This document shows, in pieces, positions 27,470 through 38,178 of a stretch of 62,792 nt of DNA; positions within the stretch are counted from its first letter, which is position 1, and each line of letters opens with the position of its first letter. The DNA is from a bacterium (GTDB taxonomy: Bacteria; JAMCPX01): assembly GCA_037439545.1 (NCBI GenBank), contig JBBIVV010000010.1, positions 1 to 62,792 of the forward strand. Reading direction: 5' to 3'. The notes under the pieces are model-generated. The model was not told the DNA's origin. It ran no database searches and saw only the letters and a program-made list of their open reading frames with translations. The position numbers and the translations under genes were made by a program.

Positions 27470-30148
27470 ATGGATACAACAGGCAATATAATAAACAAGG
27501 CTTACTCCTATAAGGATGTTGAGGAAAAATGGTATAGCTTCTGGAAAGAAAACGGTTTTTTCCATTCAGAGCCAGACCAAAGGGCGTCCTATTCAATAGT
27601 CATACCTCCGCCGAATATTACGGGTTTCCTGCACATGGGACACGCACTGAACAATACTCTGCAGGATATACTCGTCCGCTATAAGAAGATGCGGGGCTTT
27701 AATGTGGTGTGGATACCCGGGACTGATCATGCCGGCATTGCAACTCAAAATGTCGTTGAAAGACAGCTTGCACAGGAAGGGCTCGACCGGTTCAAGCTTG
27801 GGAGGGAAAAATTCATAGAGCGGGTCTGGGAATGGAAAAAGAAATCCGGCGATGTTATTGTCCATCAGCTCATGAAGCTTGGCGTTGCATGTGATTGGAG
27901 CAGGCAAAGATTCACCATGGACGAAGGATTATCCATAGCTGTCAAAGAGGTGTTTGTCAGACTTTACACCGAAGGACTTATTTACAGAGGGGAATACATC
28001 ATCAACTGGTGTCCGAGATGTCTCACGGCACTTTCTGATCTCGAGGTTGAACATAAAGATGAAGACGGCAAATTATACTACCTATTTTATCCTTTTTCCG
28101 ATCTGAAAGAGGGTATAACAGTTGCAACAACCAGGCCTGAGACAATGCTCGGAGACACTGCAGTAGCTGTTCATCCGGATGACCCGAGATACAAAGGCAT
28201 AATCGGAAAAAACGTTATCCTCCCGATAGCAGACAGGGAAATACCGGTCATACCTGATTCATCTGTTCACAGTGATTTTGGGACAGGTGCCGTAAAAATA
28301 ACGCCCTCACATGATTTTGACGACTTTGAAGTTTCTAAACGCCACTCTTTGCCCTTGATTCAAGTCATAGATCGCAACGGTAAGATGACTGCGAATGCAG
28401 GCAAGTATCAGAATATGGACAGGTACAAGGCAAGAACCGCTATCGTTGAAAAATTACAGAAACTCGGACTCCTTGTCAAGGTCGAAGACTACAAACTATC
28501 GGCAGGCAGATGTTACCGGTGCAGCACCATAACGGAGCCCATGGTTTCAACCCAGTGGTTTGTCAAAACGGGGACGCTCGCCCAACATGCCGTTGATGCT
28601 GTTAAAGAACACAGGACAAGAATCATTCCGATCCAGTGGGAAAAATCATACTTCGAATGGATGGAAAATATAAAAGACTGGTGCATCTCGAGGCAGATCT
28701 GGTGGGGACACAGAATACCCGCATGGTACTGTGACGATTGCAAAGGTATTACAGTCTCTACAGAAACACCGAAGGCGTGCTCAAAATGCAACAGCCCGAA
28801 TATCCATCAGGATGAGGACGTACTTGACACATGGTTTTCCTCGGCACTATGGCCATTCTCTACGCTCGGCTGGCCTGAGGAAACTGCCGATCTGAAATAT
28901 TACTACCCGACCGGCGTATTGGTAACCGCATTCGACATCCTCTTTTTCTGGGTCGCCCGTATGATGATGATGGGATTGAAACTTATGAACGATGTCCCCT
29001 TCAGGCATGTGTATATCCATGCAATCGTCAGGGACGAATTCGGCAAAAAGATGAGCAAAACAAAGGGGAATGTCATTGACCCGCTCTTAATCATCGAGAA
29101 GTACGGCACCGATGCATTCAGGTTTACGCTTGCATCTATGGCAGCCCAGGGCAGGGACATAAAATTATCCGAACAGAGAATACTCGGCTATAAGAATTTC
29201 ATTAATAAGCTCTGGAACAGCACACGCTTTGTAAATATAAAAAGGCTGGAGGCCGGGCTGAATCCTCCCTTCAGGCAGAGCGGTGAGATACATCTTAATA
29301 ATTCTTCGGAAAATCCCATAGATGCATGGATAAATAAAAAATTATCGGATACCCTGTCCGGTGTTTTAGACGCCCTTGAGAACTACAGGTTTAATGACGC
29401 GGCAGCAGTTTTATACCAGTTTGTATGGCATGAGTACTGTGACTGGTATCTAGAAATGGTCAAGATACATTACTCGGAATCCTCCGATAAAGCCACACTC
29501 GAGAACATGCTGTTTGTACATGAAGCCTTAACAAAGCTTCTCCATCCTTTTATTCCCTTTGTTACAGAAGAGATCTATCACATTCTCGGGAACAGCGATT
29601 CCATCATGAAGGCATCCTATCCTGATTTAAAGCAACCGGTAAAGTCTGACCGTGTATCGGAAACGTATGTCCATGATATCGACACCGTAATAGAAGTTGT
29701 AAAGCGCATACGAAATATAAGGGCTGAATGCAACGTGCCTGCAGCATCCGATGTAGACATGAGCTTTGCAGGTGCTGATGAAAAGCTCAGTCTGATCGAA
29801 AAATACTCAACCTACATAACAAAAATGACCCACGGCAAAAACATAAAATTACATCGGGAACCTCTTACCATAAAGGGCACAGCCGTCGAACACATAGAAG
29901 GTTTAAATATTTATATTCATCTTTCGGGTGTCATAGAACCTTCCGTAGAAATACAGAGGCTGGACAAGGAAATCGGCAAGCTGCAGCCTGAACTGGAAAA
30001 ATACAAGTATAAACTGAACAATGAAGAATTTATAAAGAAAGCTCCCCAGGAAGTAATTGAAGAGACAAAACAGATAAACGCAGAGTTAAGAGAACGATAC
30101 GAGCAGTTTAATGTCTCGAGAAAAAGGATAGAAGAACTCCTGAAATGA
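27470..30148 (+). CDS. valS: Valine--tRNA ligase
   Basis: PPPNITGFLHMGH, KMSKT, C-terminal coiled coil; start moved to ATG 27470. Confidence 0.99.
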   Translation: MDTTGNIINKAYSYKDVEEKWYSFWKENGFFHSEPDQRASYSIVIPPPNITGFLHMGHALNNTLQDILVRYKKMRGFNVVWIPGTDHAGIATQNVVERQLAQEGLDRFKLGREKFIERVWEWKKKSGDVIVHQLMKLGVACDWSRQRFTMDEGLSIAVKEVFVRLYTEGLIYRGEYIINWCPRCLTALSDLEVEHKDEDGKLYYLFYPFSDLKEGITVATTRPETMLGDTAVAVHPDDPRYKGIIGKNVILPIADREIPVIPDSSVHSDFGTGAVKITPSHDFDDFEVSKRHSLPLIQVIDRNGKMTANAGKYQNMDRYKARTAIVEKLQKLGLLVKVEDYKLSAGRCYRCSTITEPMVSTQWFVKTGTLAQHAVDAVKEHRTRIIPIQWEKSYFEWMENIKDWCISRQIWWGHRIPAWYCDDCKGITVSTETPKACSKCNSPNIHQDEDVLDTWFSSALWPFSTLGWPEETADLKYYYPTGVLVTAFDILFFWVARMMMMGLKLMNDVPFRHVYIHAIVRDEFGKKMSKTKGNVIDPLLIIEKYGTDAFRFTLASMAAQGRDIKLSEQRILGYKNFINKLWNSTRFVNIKRLEAGLNPPFRQSGEIHLNNSSENPIDAWINKKLSDTLSGVLDALENYRFNDAAAVLYQFVWHEYCDWYLEMVKIHYSESSDKATLENMLFVHEALTKLLHPFIPFVTEEIYHILGNSDSIMKASYPDLKQPVKSDRVSETYVHDIDTVIEVVKRIRNIRAECNVPAASDVDMSFAGADEKLSLIEKYSTYITKMTHGKNIKLHREPLTIKGTAVEHIEGLNIYIHLSGVIEPSVEIQRLDKEIGKLQPELEKYKYKLNNEEFIKKAPQEVIEETKQINAELRERYEQFNVSRKRIEELLK

Positions 30149-30987
30149 ACGACATAGAGCAGATTATAAAACAAGCCCTCGATGAAGACATAGGCAGCGG
30201 AGATATAACAACTGATAACAGTATTGACGGCAGGGTGCTTGCATCCGGTGCAATCAGGGTAAAAGAAAATGCAGTCATAGCAGGTATGAGAATTGCAGAA
30301 ATGGTTTTTAAAGCTATAGACCCTGCGGTAAACTTCATACCGCTCGCAATAGACGGCGACCCGGTAAAAAAGGACACCGTTATTGCAAATGTAACGGGCA
30401 GGGTATCTTCCCTGCTGAAGGCGGAACGGACTGCACTGAATTTTTTGATGAGGTTGTCGGGAATTGCTACACTCACGCACACCTATGTCACTGTCCTTGA
30501 AGGGACAGGTGTTATCCTGCTTGACACCCGCAAGACAACTCCCGGTCTGCGTGTAATGGAGAAATATGCAGTAAAAACCGGCGGTGCAACAAACCACAGG
30601 TTCGGGTTATTTGACGGCATTCTTATAAAGGACAACCATATCAAGGCTTCGGGCAACATCGTCGATGTGATAAAGAAACTGAAGAACTCAACGCCCTATC
30701 ATAAGATAGAGATTGAAGTTCAGACCATTGAAGAATTGACCCAGGCAATGCATGCGGGTGCCGACATAGCCATGCTTGACAACATGGACACAAAAACGAT
30801 GGCACAGGCAATCGGCATTGCAAAAGGGAAAGTTTTGATAGAGGTTTCGGGAAATATCACGCTTGAAAATATAAGGGCAATAGCACAGTTGAAGCCTGAC
30901 TTTATATCGACAGGTGCTCTTACGCATTCTGCAAAGGCTATTGATATTTCAATGAAGCTTACTAATATCTACACAAAGGAGACATGA
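30145..30987 (+). CDS. nadC: Quinolinate phosphoribosyltransferase
   Basis: ERTALNFL, DTRKTTPGLR, HRFGLFD, LIKDNH. Confidence 0.98.
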   Translation: MNDIEQIIKQALDEDIGSGDITTDNSIDGRVLASGAIRVKENAVIAGMRIAEMVFKAIDPAVNFIPLAIDGDPVKKDTVIANVTGRVSSLLKAERTALNFLMRLSGIATLTHTYVTVLEGTGVILLDTRKTTPGLRVMEKYAVKTGGATNHRFGLFDGILIKDNHIKASGNIVDVIKKLKNSTPYHKIEIEVQTIEELTQAMHAGADIAMLDNMDTKTMAQAIGIAKGKVLIEVSGNITLENIRAIAQLKPDFISTGALTHSAKAIDISMKLTNIYTKET

Positions 30988-32924
30988 TGAAGAGATTCCT
31001 GTTTATAGCACTGCTTGCAGCTCTATCCGCATTTTCGTCTGCGGTTATGACGCCGCGGTACGTTCGTGCGGACGATCCACAGCACGAAGCGGGCGCGATC
31101 ATTTTAAAGGATATAAATAAAACTACCGTGTTCGGCAGCTTTACCTATACAACAGTGGAGCACGAACGAATAAAGATATTGAACAAGCGCGGTGTGAATA
31201 ATTATTGTGAGGTTGTAATACCCTATTCAACAGAGTACCAGAAGATAGAAATACTCGATGCAAAGACGATTACGCCTGACGGCAAGACATTAACTCCGGG
31301 CAAAAAGGGCATAAATGACGTCACTCCTCCTTTTATTTTCAGTGCGCCCATATACTCTGATGTCAAATACAGGACAATAACCATGCCCGGCTGTACCCCG
31401 GACGCAACAATAGATTACACCGTAAGAATAACAACCATCAAACCTTACATGGACGATAATTTCTTTGATGATGATCACCTTCAGACAAGCGACCCCATAG
31501 AACTCTCAACGTATGAGGTAAGCCTGCCGAAGGACATGAAGTTTACCTACAGGCAGTACAATTTTAATACCCCGCCCTCAATTGTAGAGAAGGGAGACAG
31601 TGTTGTATATACGTGGGAGCTTAAAAATATAACTCAGATCATTCCTGAACAGAACATGCCGCCAATGTCCGACTTATCAAACCGTGTTGCGATAAGCACG
31701 GTAGGTTCATGGGATGGACTTGCAAAATGGTATTGGGGACTTGCAGGCAAGCAGTACGATACGGATAAAGCAATGGATACGAAGATCGAGGAGCTGACAA
31801 CAGGCTTGACAACAACCGATGAAAAGATCCGTGCAATCTATGATTATATATCGATGAACATACGCTATGTCGGCATAGAATTCGGCATAGAAGGGTATAA
31901 ACCCCATAAAGCTGCAGATGTGTTCAAAAATAAGTATGGTGACTGCAAAGACCATGCAACACTCCTCATCGCAATGCTGAAACATATAGGGGTAACCGCT
32001 TATCCTGTGCTTGTCGATACGGCAGGTATTGCAAAGATGGATCAAGCTCTGCCGTCCCCGGGTCAATTCGATCATGAGATCGTCGCTGTCCCGCAGCAGG
32101 ATGGTTTCTGGTTTTTAGACTCAACTTCTGATGTGACAAACTATCATGACCTTCCGCCCATGGATCAGGGAAGGCAGGTTGTGGTAATACAACCGGATAA
32201 GGCGCAGGTAGTCAAGATACCAGTTTTTCAGCCGGCAAAGAACACTGTAGACGATATCCGGACTGTAAATATCAACAGCGACAACTCTCTGAATATTTCA
32301 GTGAAACTTACCTACACCGGTGTTTATGGAATGTACAATAAGGCAATGCTCAGGGGCATGAAGCCCGTCCAGAGGAAGACCTTCATTGAAAGCACTGCAA
32401 ATGAGGTTTGCCCGGGAGCTGTAGTTAACAAGTACACTATTTCCGATATTTATGATCTTAATATTCCGGTAACGATAAGCCTTAACTTCACCTGCCAGGA
32501 CTATGTTATCAAAGCCGGAGACCTGCTGATTGTAAAAGTACCTACAATGTCCATGCAGAACCTTACTCAGATTGTTGCCAGGGATAAAAGGACATATCCG
32601 CTTGTTATAGGTTATAATTTTGAGAAGAAAAATGCGGTCACATTCAATATCCCCGATGGTTATAGTATACGATACATGCCTGCCAGCACAACTTATAAAA
32701 ATAAATTCGGCGAGTTTTCCGTCAATTATAAGCGGCTCGAAAGACACCTTGGCTATACCGGCAAGCTCGTTTCCCGTGCATATTCAATCGATCCGCCGGA
32801 TTATTCTTTCATAAAGGATTTTTTCAATACCACCGTCATAAGTGAAAAAAATCAGGTCGTTGTGTTTGAGAAATTAAAGTTTAAAAAACATGTAATAAGG
32901 CATAAAAAGAGCAGATCCCGTTAG
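30984..32924 (+). CDS. Secreted DUF3857 + transglutaminase-like protein
   Basis: Signal peptide; NIRYVG, YGDCKDHA, QFDHEI, FLDST catalytic-triad motifs. Confidence 0.85.
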   Translation: MMKRFLFIALLAALSAFSSAVMTPRYVRADDPQHEAGAIILKDINKTTVFGSFTYTTVEHERIKILNKRGVNNYCEVVIPYSTEYQKIEILDAKTITPDGKTLTPGKKGINDVTPPFIFSAPIYSDVKYRTITMPGCTPDATIDYTVRITTIKPYMDDNFFDDDHLQTSDPIELSTYEVSLPKDMKFTYRQYNFNTPPSIVEKGDSVVYTWELKNITQIIPEQNMPPMSDLSNRVAISTVGSWDGLAKWYWGLAGKQYDTDKAMDTKIEELTTGLTTTDEKIRAIYDYISMNIRYVGIEFGIEGYKPHKAADVFKNKYGDCKDHATLLIAMLKHIGVTAYPVLVDTAGIAKMDQALPSPGQFDHEIVAVPQQDGFWFLDSTSDVTNYHDLPPMDQGRQVVVIQPDKAQVVKIPVFQPAKNTVDDIRTVNINSDNSLNISVKLTYTGVYGMYNKAMLRGMKPVQRKTFIESTANEVCPGAVVNKYTISDIYDLNIPVTISLNFTCQDYVIKAGDLLIVKVPTMSMQNLTQIVARDKRTYPLVIGYNFEKKNAVTFNIPDGYSIRYMPASTTYKNKFGEFSVNYKRLERHLGYTGKLVSRAYSIDPPDYSFIKDFFNTTVISEKNQVVVFEKLKFKKHVIRHKKSRSR

Positions 32925-32967
32925 AGTGCTTCAATAAAACTGTTTCACCAGAGAGAATTGTTATAAT

Positions 32968-33867
32968 ATGACGGGAACTTTATTTGAGGCATTTTTATTA
33001 ATCGGGATAGGATTTGTTGCCCGTTTGTTCGGCCTTGTTGAGGAGAAGGATAACCGCATCATCTCGAGGCTGGTCTTTAATGTTACCCTCCCGTTTCTCG
33101 TTTTTCTCGCAATGTTCGATCAACAGCCGTCTTATGTCTATGTAAAGATCACAATGGTGACATGGGTATTGCTCGGTGTATTTACTGCAGCAACTTACTA
33201 CTTGTCGAAACGCTTTATAAAGGATCCGAAAAAACTTGGTGTTTTTATTCTCACAAGTGTTGGAGGAAACACGGCATTCCTCGGATATGCCGTGATACAG
33301 AGCCTGACAGGGAACAAGGGCATGCCTGTTGCTGTTGTTTACGACCAGTTCGGTAACGGGCTGTTTATCTATACCGTACTGTTAGTCCTTATAGCTTACC
33401 TTGCGAACAAAAGTATCGGTTTCAAGGGACTCCTGTCGGGCGTACTTACGCCCCCTTTTATCGCATTACTCGCAGGACTCTTATTCCCTGCATCCATACA
33501 CCTGCCCGAATATGCGATCAAAGCATTCAGCCTTTTAGGAGGAGCAACCACACCGATGATGATGATTGTAGTCGGAATGAGCCTCGCAAGTCCCGTAAAG
33601 ATTTCTTCATTGCCGCTCCTCGGCATGACATCCGTCATAAAACTTGCACTCCTGCCTGCTGCGATGTACCTGCTTACCCTCGCTCTACATATCCCGGCAT
33701 TCCCCATGAAGATAGCCGTCGTGCAATCAGCCATGCCGGCAATGATGACCAGCGTTATATTCGCCCAGATCTACGACCTTGATGAATCACTTGCAGCACA
33801 GATTGTCTTTGGCTCTACCTGTATAAGTTTCTTCAGCCTTCCCCTCATCTGGACACTGCTGAAGTAA
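32968..33867 (+). CDS. AEC (auxin efflux carrier / malate permease) family transporter
   Basis: VFNVTLPFL, GNTAFLGY, SAMPA; about 10 TM helices. Confidence 0.88.
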   Translation: MTGTLFEAFLLIGIGFVARLFGLVEEKDNRIISRLVFNVTLPFLVFLAMFDQQPSYVYVKITMVTWVLLGVFTAATYYLSKRFIKDPKKLGVFILTSVGGNTAFLGYAVIQSLTGNKGMPVAVVYDQFGNGLFIYTVLLVLIAYLANKSIGFKGLLSGVLTPPFIALLAGLLFPASIHLPEYAIKAFSLLGGATTPMMMIVVGMSLASPVKISSLPLLGMTSVIKLALLPAAMYLLTLALHIPAFPMKIAVVQSAMPAMMTSVIFAQIYDLDESLAAQIVFGSTCISFFSLPLIWTLLK

Positions 33868-33879
33868 ACCCCGAATTCA

Positions 33880-33956
33880 AAATCATAATTCCTAAACAAT
33901 ATCAAATGACCAGAATTCTGAATTACGGAGGATATTTTGGTTTAGGATTTAGATTT
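33880..33956. repeat. AT-rich imperfect inverted repeat between convergent genes
   Basis: AAATCATAATTCCTAAAC pairs with GTTTAGGATTTAGATTT. Confidence 0.4.
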
Positions 33957-33976
33957 TAGAATTCAGTATCTTCTTC

Positions 33977-35398
33977 TCAGTATACCTTCAGTTTCTTCCT
34001 TGCCACCCCTGTCCTGTAAGCAGCATCGCTTACAGCCTGAGCAACGGCCTTCACGACATTTTTATCGAACACGCTCGGTATAATATAATCCTCGCTCAGA
34101 TCGGACGGCTTTATCAGGGAAGCTATGGCATCGGAGGCAGCAAGCATCATCTCATCGTTTATCTGGCTTGCCCGGACATCCAGTACCCCCCTGAACATGC
34201 CCGGGAAACAAAGAACATTATTTATCTGGTTCGGATAATCCGACCTGCCTGTTGCAACGACTTTTGCATATTTTCTTGCAATCTCCGGTGCAACCTCGGG
34301 GTCCGGGTTTGCCATTGCAAATACTATCGAGGATCGTGCCATCTTTTTTAGATCGGAAGCTTTCACTATATCCGGAGCCGAAACCCCTATAAATACATCC
34401 GCACCTTTAAAAGCATCCGAAAGCCTGCCTTTCAGATTCTGTTTGTTGGAACGATCCGCAAGCCATCGAATGTACCGGTTCATACCTTTCTCTCTGCCCC
34501 TGTAAATCAATCCGGCCTTATCATTCACGATAAGTTCCTTCACCTTTTTACGGATGAGAAGCTTTGCGATAGACATACCCGCAGCACCTGCACCGGAAAG
34601 TACGACCTTTATATTGTCAAACCTCTTTTTTACTACCTTGAGTGAATTTTCCAGAGCAGCAAGCAGGACTATGGCAGTGCCGTGCTGATCGTCATGAAAA
34701 ACCGGTATGTCGAGCACCTTTTTCAATTCATCTTCGATATAAAAGCATCGTGGTGCCGATATATCTTCAAGATTTATGCCCCCAAATCCCCCTGCTATAA
34801 GCCTTACCGTGTTAATGATTTCGTCCGATTCTTTTGTTCTCAATACGATGGGGAAGGCATCCACATTGGCAAATTCTTTAAAAAGCTGGGCCTTGCCTTC
34901 CATTACCGGTAGTGCAGCCTCAGGCCCGATATCTCCAAGACCGAGTACTGCAGTGCCGTCGGATACGACAGCTATTGTATTTTTCCTGATGGTGAGTGTG
35001 AATGATTTTTCTTTATCCTCTGCAATGGCATTTGAGACCCTTGCCACACCGGGTGTATATGCGAGGGAAAGATCTTCCCTTGTCTTTATAGGGTTCTTGC
35101 CGACAATGGTGATTTTACCCCCGAGATGGTAAAGAAACACCCTGTCCGATATACTTACGACACTCACTCCCCTTAGCTTTTTAAGAGTAGTGATGAGCTG
35201 CTGTGAATGTTCTTCATCCCTTGCTTTTACGGTTATATCACGGATGATTGTGTTCTTTGCGAATCCAACAAGGTCCACAGCTCCTATATCCCCGCCTGCC
35301 TTGCCTATTGCAGTCGTTACCTGCCCCAGCATGCCGGGCACATTGCGTATCTCCAGCCTCACGGTTATACTATAACTGACATTCGGTACAGTAGCCAT
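33977..35398 (-). CDS. Malic enzyme with an N-terminal ACT domain
   Basis: YTPGVA, DGTAVLGLGDIG, NLEDI, FHDDQHGT, GAGAAG, ANPDPE; start ATG 35398 with SD AGGAGG. Confidence 0.93.
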   Translation of the reverse strand: MATVPNVSYSITVRLEIRNVPGMLGQVTTAIGKAGGDIGAVDLVGFAKNTIIRDITVKARDEEHSQQLITTLKKLRGVSVVSISDRVFLYHLGGKITIVGKNPIKTREDLSLAYTPGVARVSNAIAEDKEKSFTLTIRKNTIAVVSDGTAVLGLGDIGPEAALPVMEGKAQLFKEFANVDAFPIVLRTKESDEIINTVRLIAGGFGGINLEDISAPRCFYIEDELKKVLDIPVFHDDQHGTAIVLLAALENSLKVVKKRFDNIKVVLSGAGAAGMSIAKLLIRKKVKELIVNDKAGLIYRGREKGMNRYIRWLADRSNKQNLKGRLSDAFKGADVFIGVSAPDIVKASDLKKMARSSIVFAMANPDPEVAPEIARKYAKVVATGRSDYPNQINNVLCFPGMFRGVLDVRASQINDEMMLAASDAIASLIKPSDLSEDYIIPSVFDKNVVKAVAQAVSDAAYRTGVARKKLKVY

Positions 35399-35528
35399 AT
35401 ATGCCTCCTTATGGTATTGATACAAACACAATGAGCAAAACTATACTACCTCCGCTCTACCCCTCCCCCTTGAGGAGAGGAAAGAGGATCGCAAATTAGT
35501 GTATCACTCTTAACACAATTATAAATGC

Positions 35529-35792
35529 ATGGCTATACATTCACCACAAGATGAATATCTCTCAAAAGAGCTTGAACGCCTGCTGGCAAGGTTAACTATT
35601 CAGGTGCGCTATGATCATCTGATAGATGCCAGGTCCGGACTCTGTACATTCAAAGGTATAACATACCTTTTTATAGATGCGGACGTGACATTGGAAGACA
35701 AGCTTGATCTATTTAAAATAATCGTCTCCGGGTACGATCTTTCGGCAATCTATCTGCCCCCTGTTGTGAGGGAGTTCCTGTCGGGAGAATAG
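35529..35792 (+). CDS. Conserved hypothetical protein (87 aa)
   Basis: RSGLC...LFID...DLSAIYLPPVVREFL resembles a small conserved family. Confidence 0.6.
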   Translation: MAIHSPQDEYLSKELERLLARLTIQVRYDHLIDARSGLCTFKGITYLFIDADVTLEDKLDLFKIIVSGYDLSAIYLPPVVREFLSGE

Positions 35793-35818
35793 GGACACTC
35801 AAAATTCAAGAGTGAACT

Positions 35819-35838
35819 GCCACCGCCTTGGCGGTGGC
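35819..35838. repeat. REP-like perfect hairpin
   Basis: GCCACCGCC-tt-GGCGGTGGC. Confidence 0.6.
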
Positions 35839-35856
35839 TCCTGAAAAACCACTCTA

Positions 35857-35940
35857 TGTCATTCCCACGAAAGTGGGAATCCAGAAATTGCCTTTACGGA
35901 AATAATAAAGAACTGGATTCCCTTTTCCACGGGAATGACA
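35857..35940. repeat. Inverted pair of ATTCCC-N8-GGGAAT (dRS3/REPIN-like) elements
   Basis: TGTCATTCCCACGAAAGTGGGAATCCAG (35857-35884) and CTGGATTCCCTTTTCCACGGGAATGACA (35913-35940). Confidence 0.8.
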
Positions 35941-36022
35941 AAACAATAACTTTTTCTTTTGCGGCATAGTCAACTGAACATAATCACCAGACGGCGGACC
36001 TTTACTTCGCATTAAAATTCAA

Positions 36023-36481
36023 TTACCCGTTCAATTCCATAATCAGTGCAATTTCGTTGCAGTCCGGAAACTGGGGACATTTAAGACAGTCACTCCATAT
36101 CTTCTGCGGCAGGAGTGACTTGTCAACTATCCTGAAACCAAGCTTCTCAAAAAATCCTGGTTTGTAGGTCAGTGAAAATATTTGATTTATCTCGAATTCC
36201 TTCGCCTCATCAATACATAACTTTACGAGCTCTGTGCCGATACCCTTGTGCGTATACTCCTGTTTTACTGCAAGCGAGCGGACCTCTGCAAGGCCGTCCC
36301 AGAATATGTGCATTGCACATACGCCGATAATCTCCCCTGAATCAGGGGTGTACACGATGTAGTCCCTGATGTTCTCATACATTTCCAGCAGGGAACGCGG
36401 CAGCATCTCTCCCTTTTTTGCATAGACCTCTATGAGCCTCTGCATATCCTTGACATCGCTCATCCTTGCTTTTCTTAGCAC
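36023..36481 (-). CDS. argA: GNAT N-acetyltransferase, short ArgA (N-acetylglutamate synthase) type
   Basis: MLPRS, AEVRSLAV, LPQKIWSDCLKCPQFPDCNEIAL. Confidence 0.8.
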   Translation of the reverse strand: MLRKARMSDVKDMQRLIEVYAKKGEMLPRSLLEMYENIRDYIVYTPDSGEIIGVCAMHIFWDGLAEVRSLAVKQEYTHKGIGTELVKLCIDEAKEFEINQIFSLTYKPGFFEKLGFRIVDKSLLPQKIWSDCLKCPQFPDCNEIALIMELNG

Positions 36482-38178
36482 TTTATCTCCTTAACATATT
36501 TTAAGAATTCCCTTGCCTGTTTCCTCCCAAGCTCTGTTACTGTCTCGCCTGAAAGCATCCGTGCAATTTCATCTACCCTTTCTTTTTCGTCAAGCACCTT
36601 TATAACGACATCTGTACTGCCGCCGGACACAGACTTGGATACATTTATATGATAATCACCGAATCCTGCAATTTGATGCAGATGGGTTATACAGATTACC
36701 TGATGGTAGTCCGACAGCTCTTTCAATTTTTTGCCCACAATCTCTGCAGTCTGTCCGCCGATGCCCGTGTCTATCTCATCGAATACAAGTATAGGCACGG
36801 GAGAAGCTTTTACAAGTACCTTTTTTATTGCAAGCATTGTTCTTGAAAGTTCCCCGCCCGATATAATCTCTGTCAGGGGTTTTGGAGAAAATCCCGGATT
36901 TGCCGAGAAATAAAATGCTACCTTGTCGGCACCATCTGCATTTATCAGTTTGTTGTTTATCTCGACTGCATCTTTTGCTTCCAGATTTCCTACTCTGCTC
37001 TCAAACACTGCGTCCTTCATACCCAGCGTCTTCAGTTCGTGTGCGATCTTTTTCCCCAGTCCTGAAGCGGCATTTTTCCTTGCCTTTGAAAGCTCTTCAG
37101 CTTGCCGGTAAAGCCCTCTTTCAAGGGTCGTTTTTCTTAGCTGCAATTCTCCGATATCTTTATCCATACTCCTGAATTCTTTCAGTTGTTTTTCGGCAGA
37201 CCCGGCAAACTCCATTATATCCCTGATAGCTTTGCCGTATTTTTTTTTAAGCTTGTCCAGCAATTCTATGCGCTGTTCTGTCTGATCAAGCTTTTGAGGG
37301 TCCAGTTCTACCCTTGAAAGATAGCTGTTGATATCCGATGCAATGTCCTTGAGCTCTACGAACACGGCATCGAGCCTTCCTGAATATTGTTTTAGGGACG
37401 GATCAATGTCCTGAAGCCCGGTCATGGCTTTAATCGCCCTGTGCATGTTGGCAATGACGCTGTTTCCTTCTCCTGACATGGCTTCGTAGACGGTATTAAG
37501 TTCAGACATCAGACGCTGTGCATGCGAGAGTATGCTGTACTCCTTCTCGAGGAGAATATCCTCGTCCGTCTTCAGGTTTGCAGCGTTTATTTCCGACAAC
37601 TGGAATCTTATCAATTCTTCTTCCTTCTTCGAGACTGCAAGCCTGGACTGTATTTTCCCCAAGGTATCCATGGTATTTTTCAGATCCATGAACTGCGTCT
37701 GCACCTGCCCTGCCGGCCCCTCAAGCCCTGCGTATGCATCAAGAAGTCTTATATGGGTTGTAGGATCGAGCAGGCTCTGGTGCTCATGCTGGCCGTGTAT
37801 ATCGACAAGCAGTTTTGACAATCCCGAGAGCATCGATAATGTAGAAGCAGAGCCGTTTATAGTGACCCTGCTTTTGCCCTGAATGTTTATAACGCGTTTT
37901 ATGACAAGCTCTGCCGATGGCTCAAAACCGTGTTCATTCAAGAACCCCTGCACGGCTGGATAATTTCCAATTTCGAAAAGTCCTTCTACGACAGCCTCCG
38001 GAGCACCGTCTCTCACCACGCCGGAGTCTGCCTTTGCACCGAGGAGGGTGAGCATACCGTCAACCATGATCGATTTGCCGGCACCCGTCTCACCGCTTAT
38101 TACACAGAGGTTTTCTGCAAACGGTATGGTTACGTCCTTAAAGATAGCAAAATCCTTCAGCCTGACGGATTTTAGCAT
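36475..38178 (-). CDS. recN: DNA repair protein RecN
   Basis: GETGAGKS, IHGQHEHQ, SGGELSR, FDEIDTG, CITHL. Confidence 0.97.
   Translation of the reverse strand: MLKSVRLKDFAIFKDVTIPFAENLCVISGETGAGKSIMVDGMLTLLGAKADSGVVRDGAPEAVVEGLFEIGNYPAVQGFLNEHGFEPSAELVIKRVINIQGKSRVTINGSASTLSMLSGLSKLLVDIHGQHEHQSLLDPTTHIRLLDAYAGLEGPAGQVQTQFMDLKNTMDTLGKIQSRLAVSKKEEELIRFQLSEINAANLKTDEDILLEKEYSILSHAQRLMSELNTVYEAMSGEGNSVIANMHRAIKAMTGLQDIDPSLKQYSGRLDAVFVELKDIASDINSYLSRVELDPQKLDQTEQRIELLDKLKKKYGKAIRDIMEFAGSAEKQLKEFRSMDKDIGELQLRKTTLERGLYRQAEELSKARKNAASGLGKKIAHELKTLGMKDAVFESRVGNLEAKDAVEINNKLINADGADKVAFYFSANPGFSPKPLTEIISGGELSRTMLAIKKVLVKASPVPILVFDEIDTGIGGQTAEIVGKKLKELSDYHQVICITHLHQIAGFGDYHINVSKSVSGGSTDVVIKVLDEKERVDEIARMLSGETVTELGRKQAREFLKYVKEIKC

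Noticed and set aside
35415..35426. TATTGATACAAA upstream of malic enzyme as a fifth operator copy
   Set aside because: It needs a 1-bp deletion in the palindrome core; too weak without a PWM.
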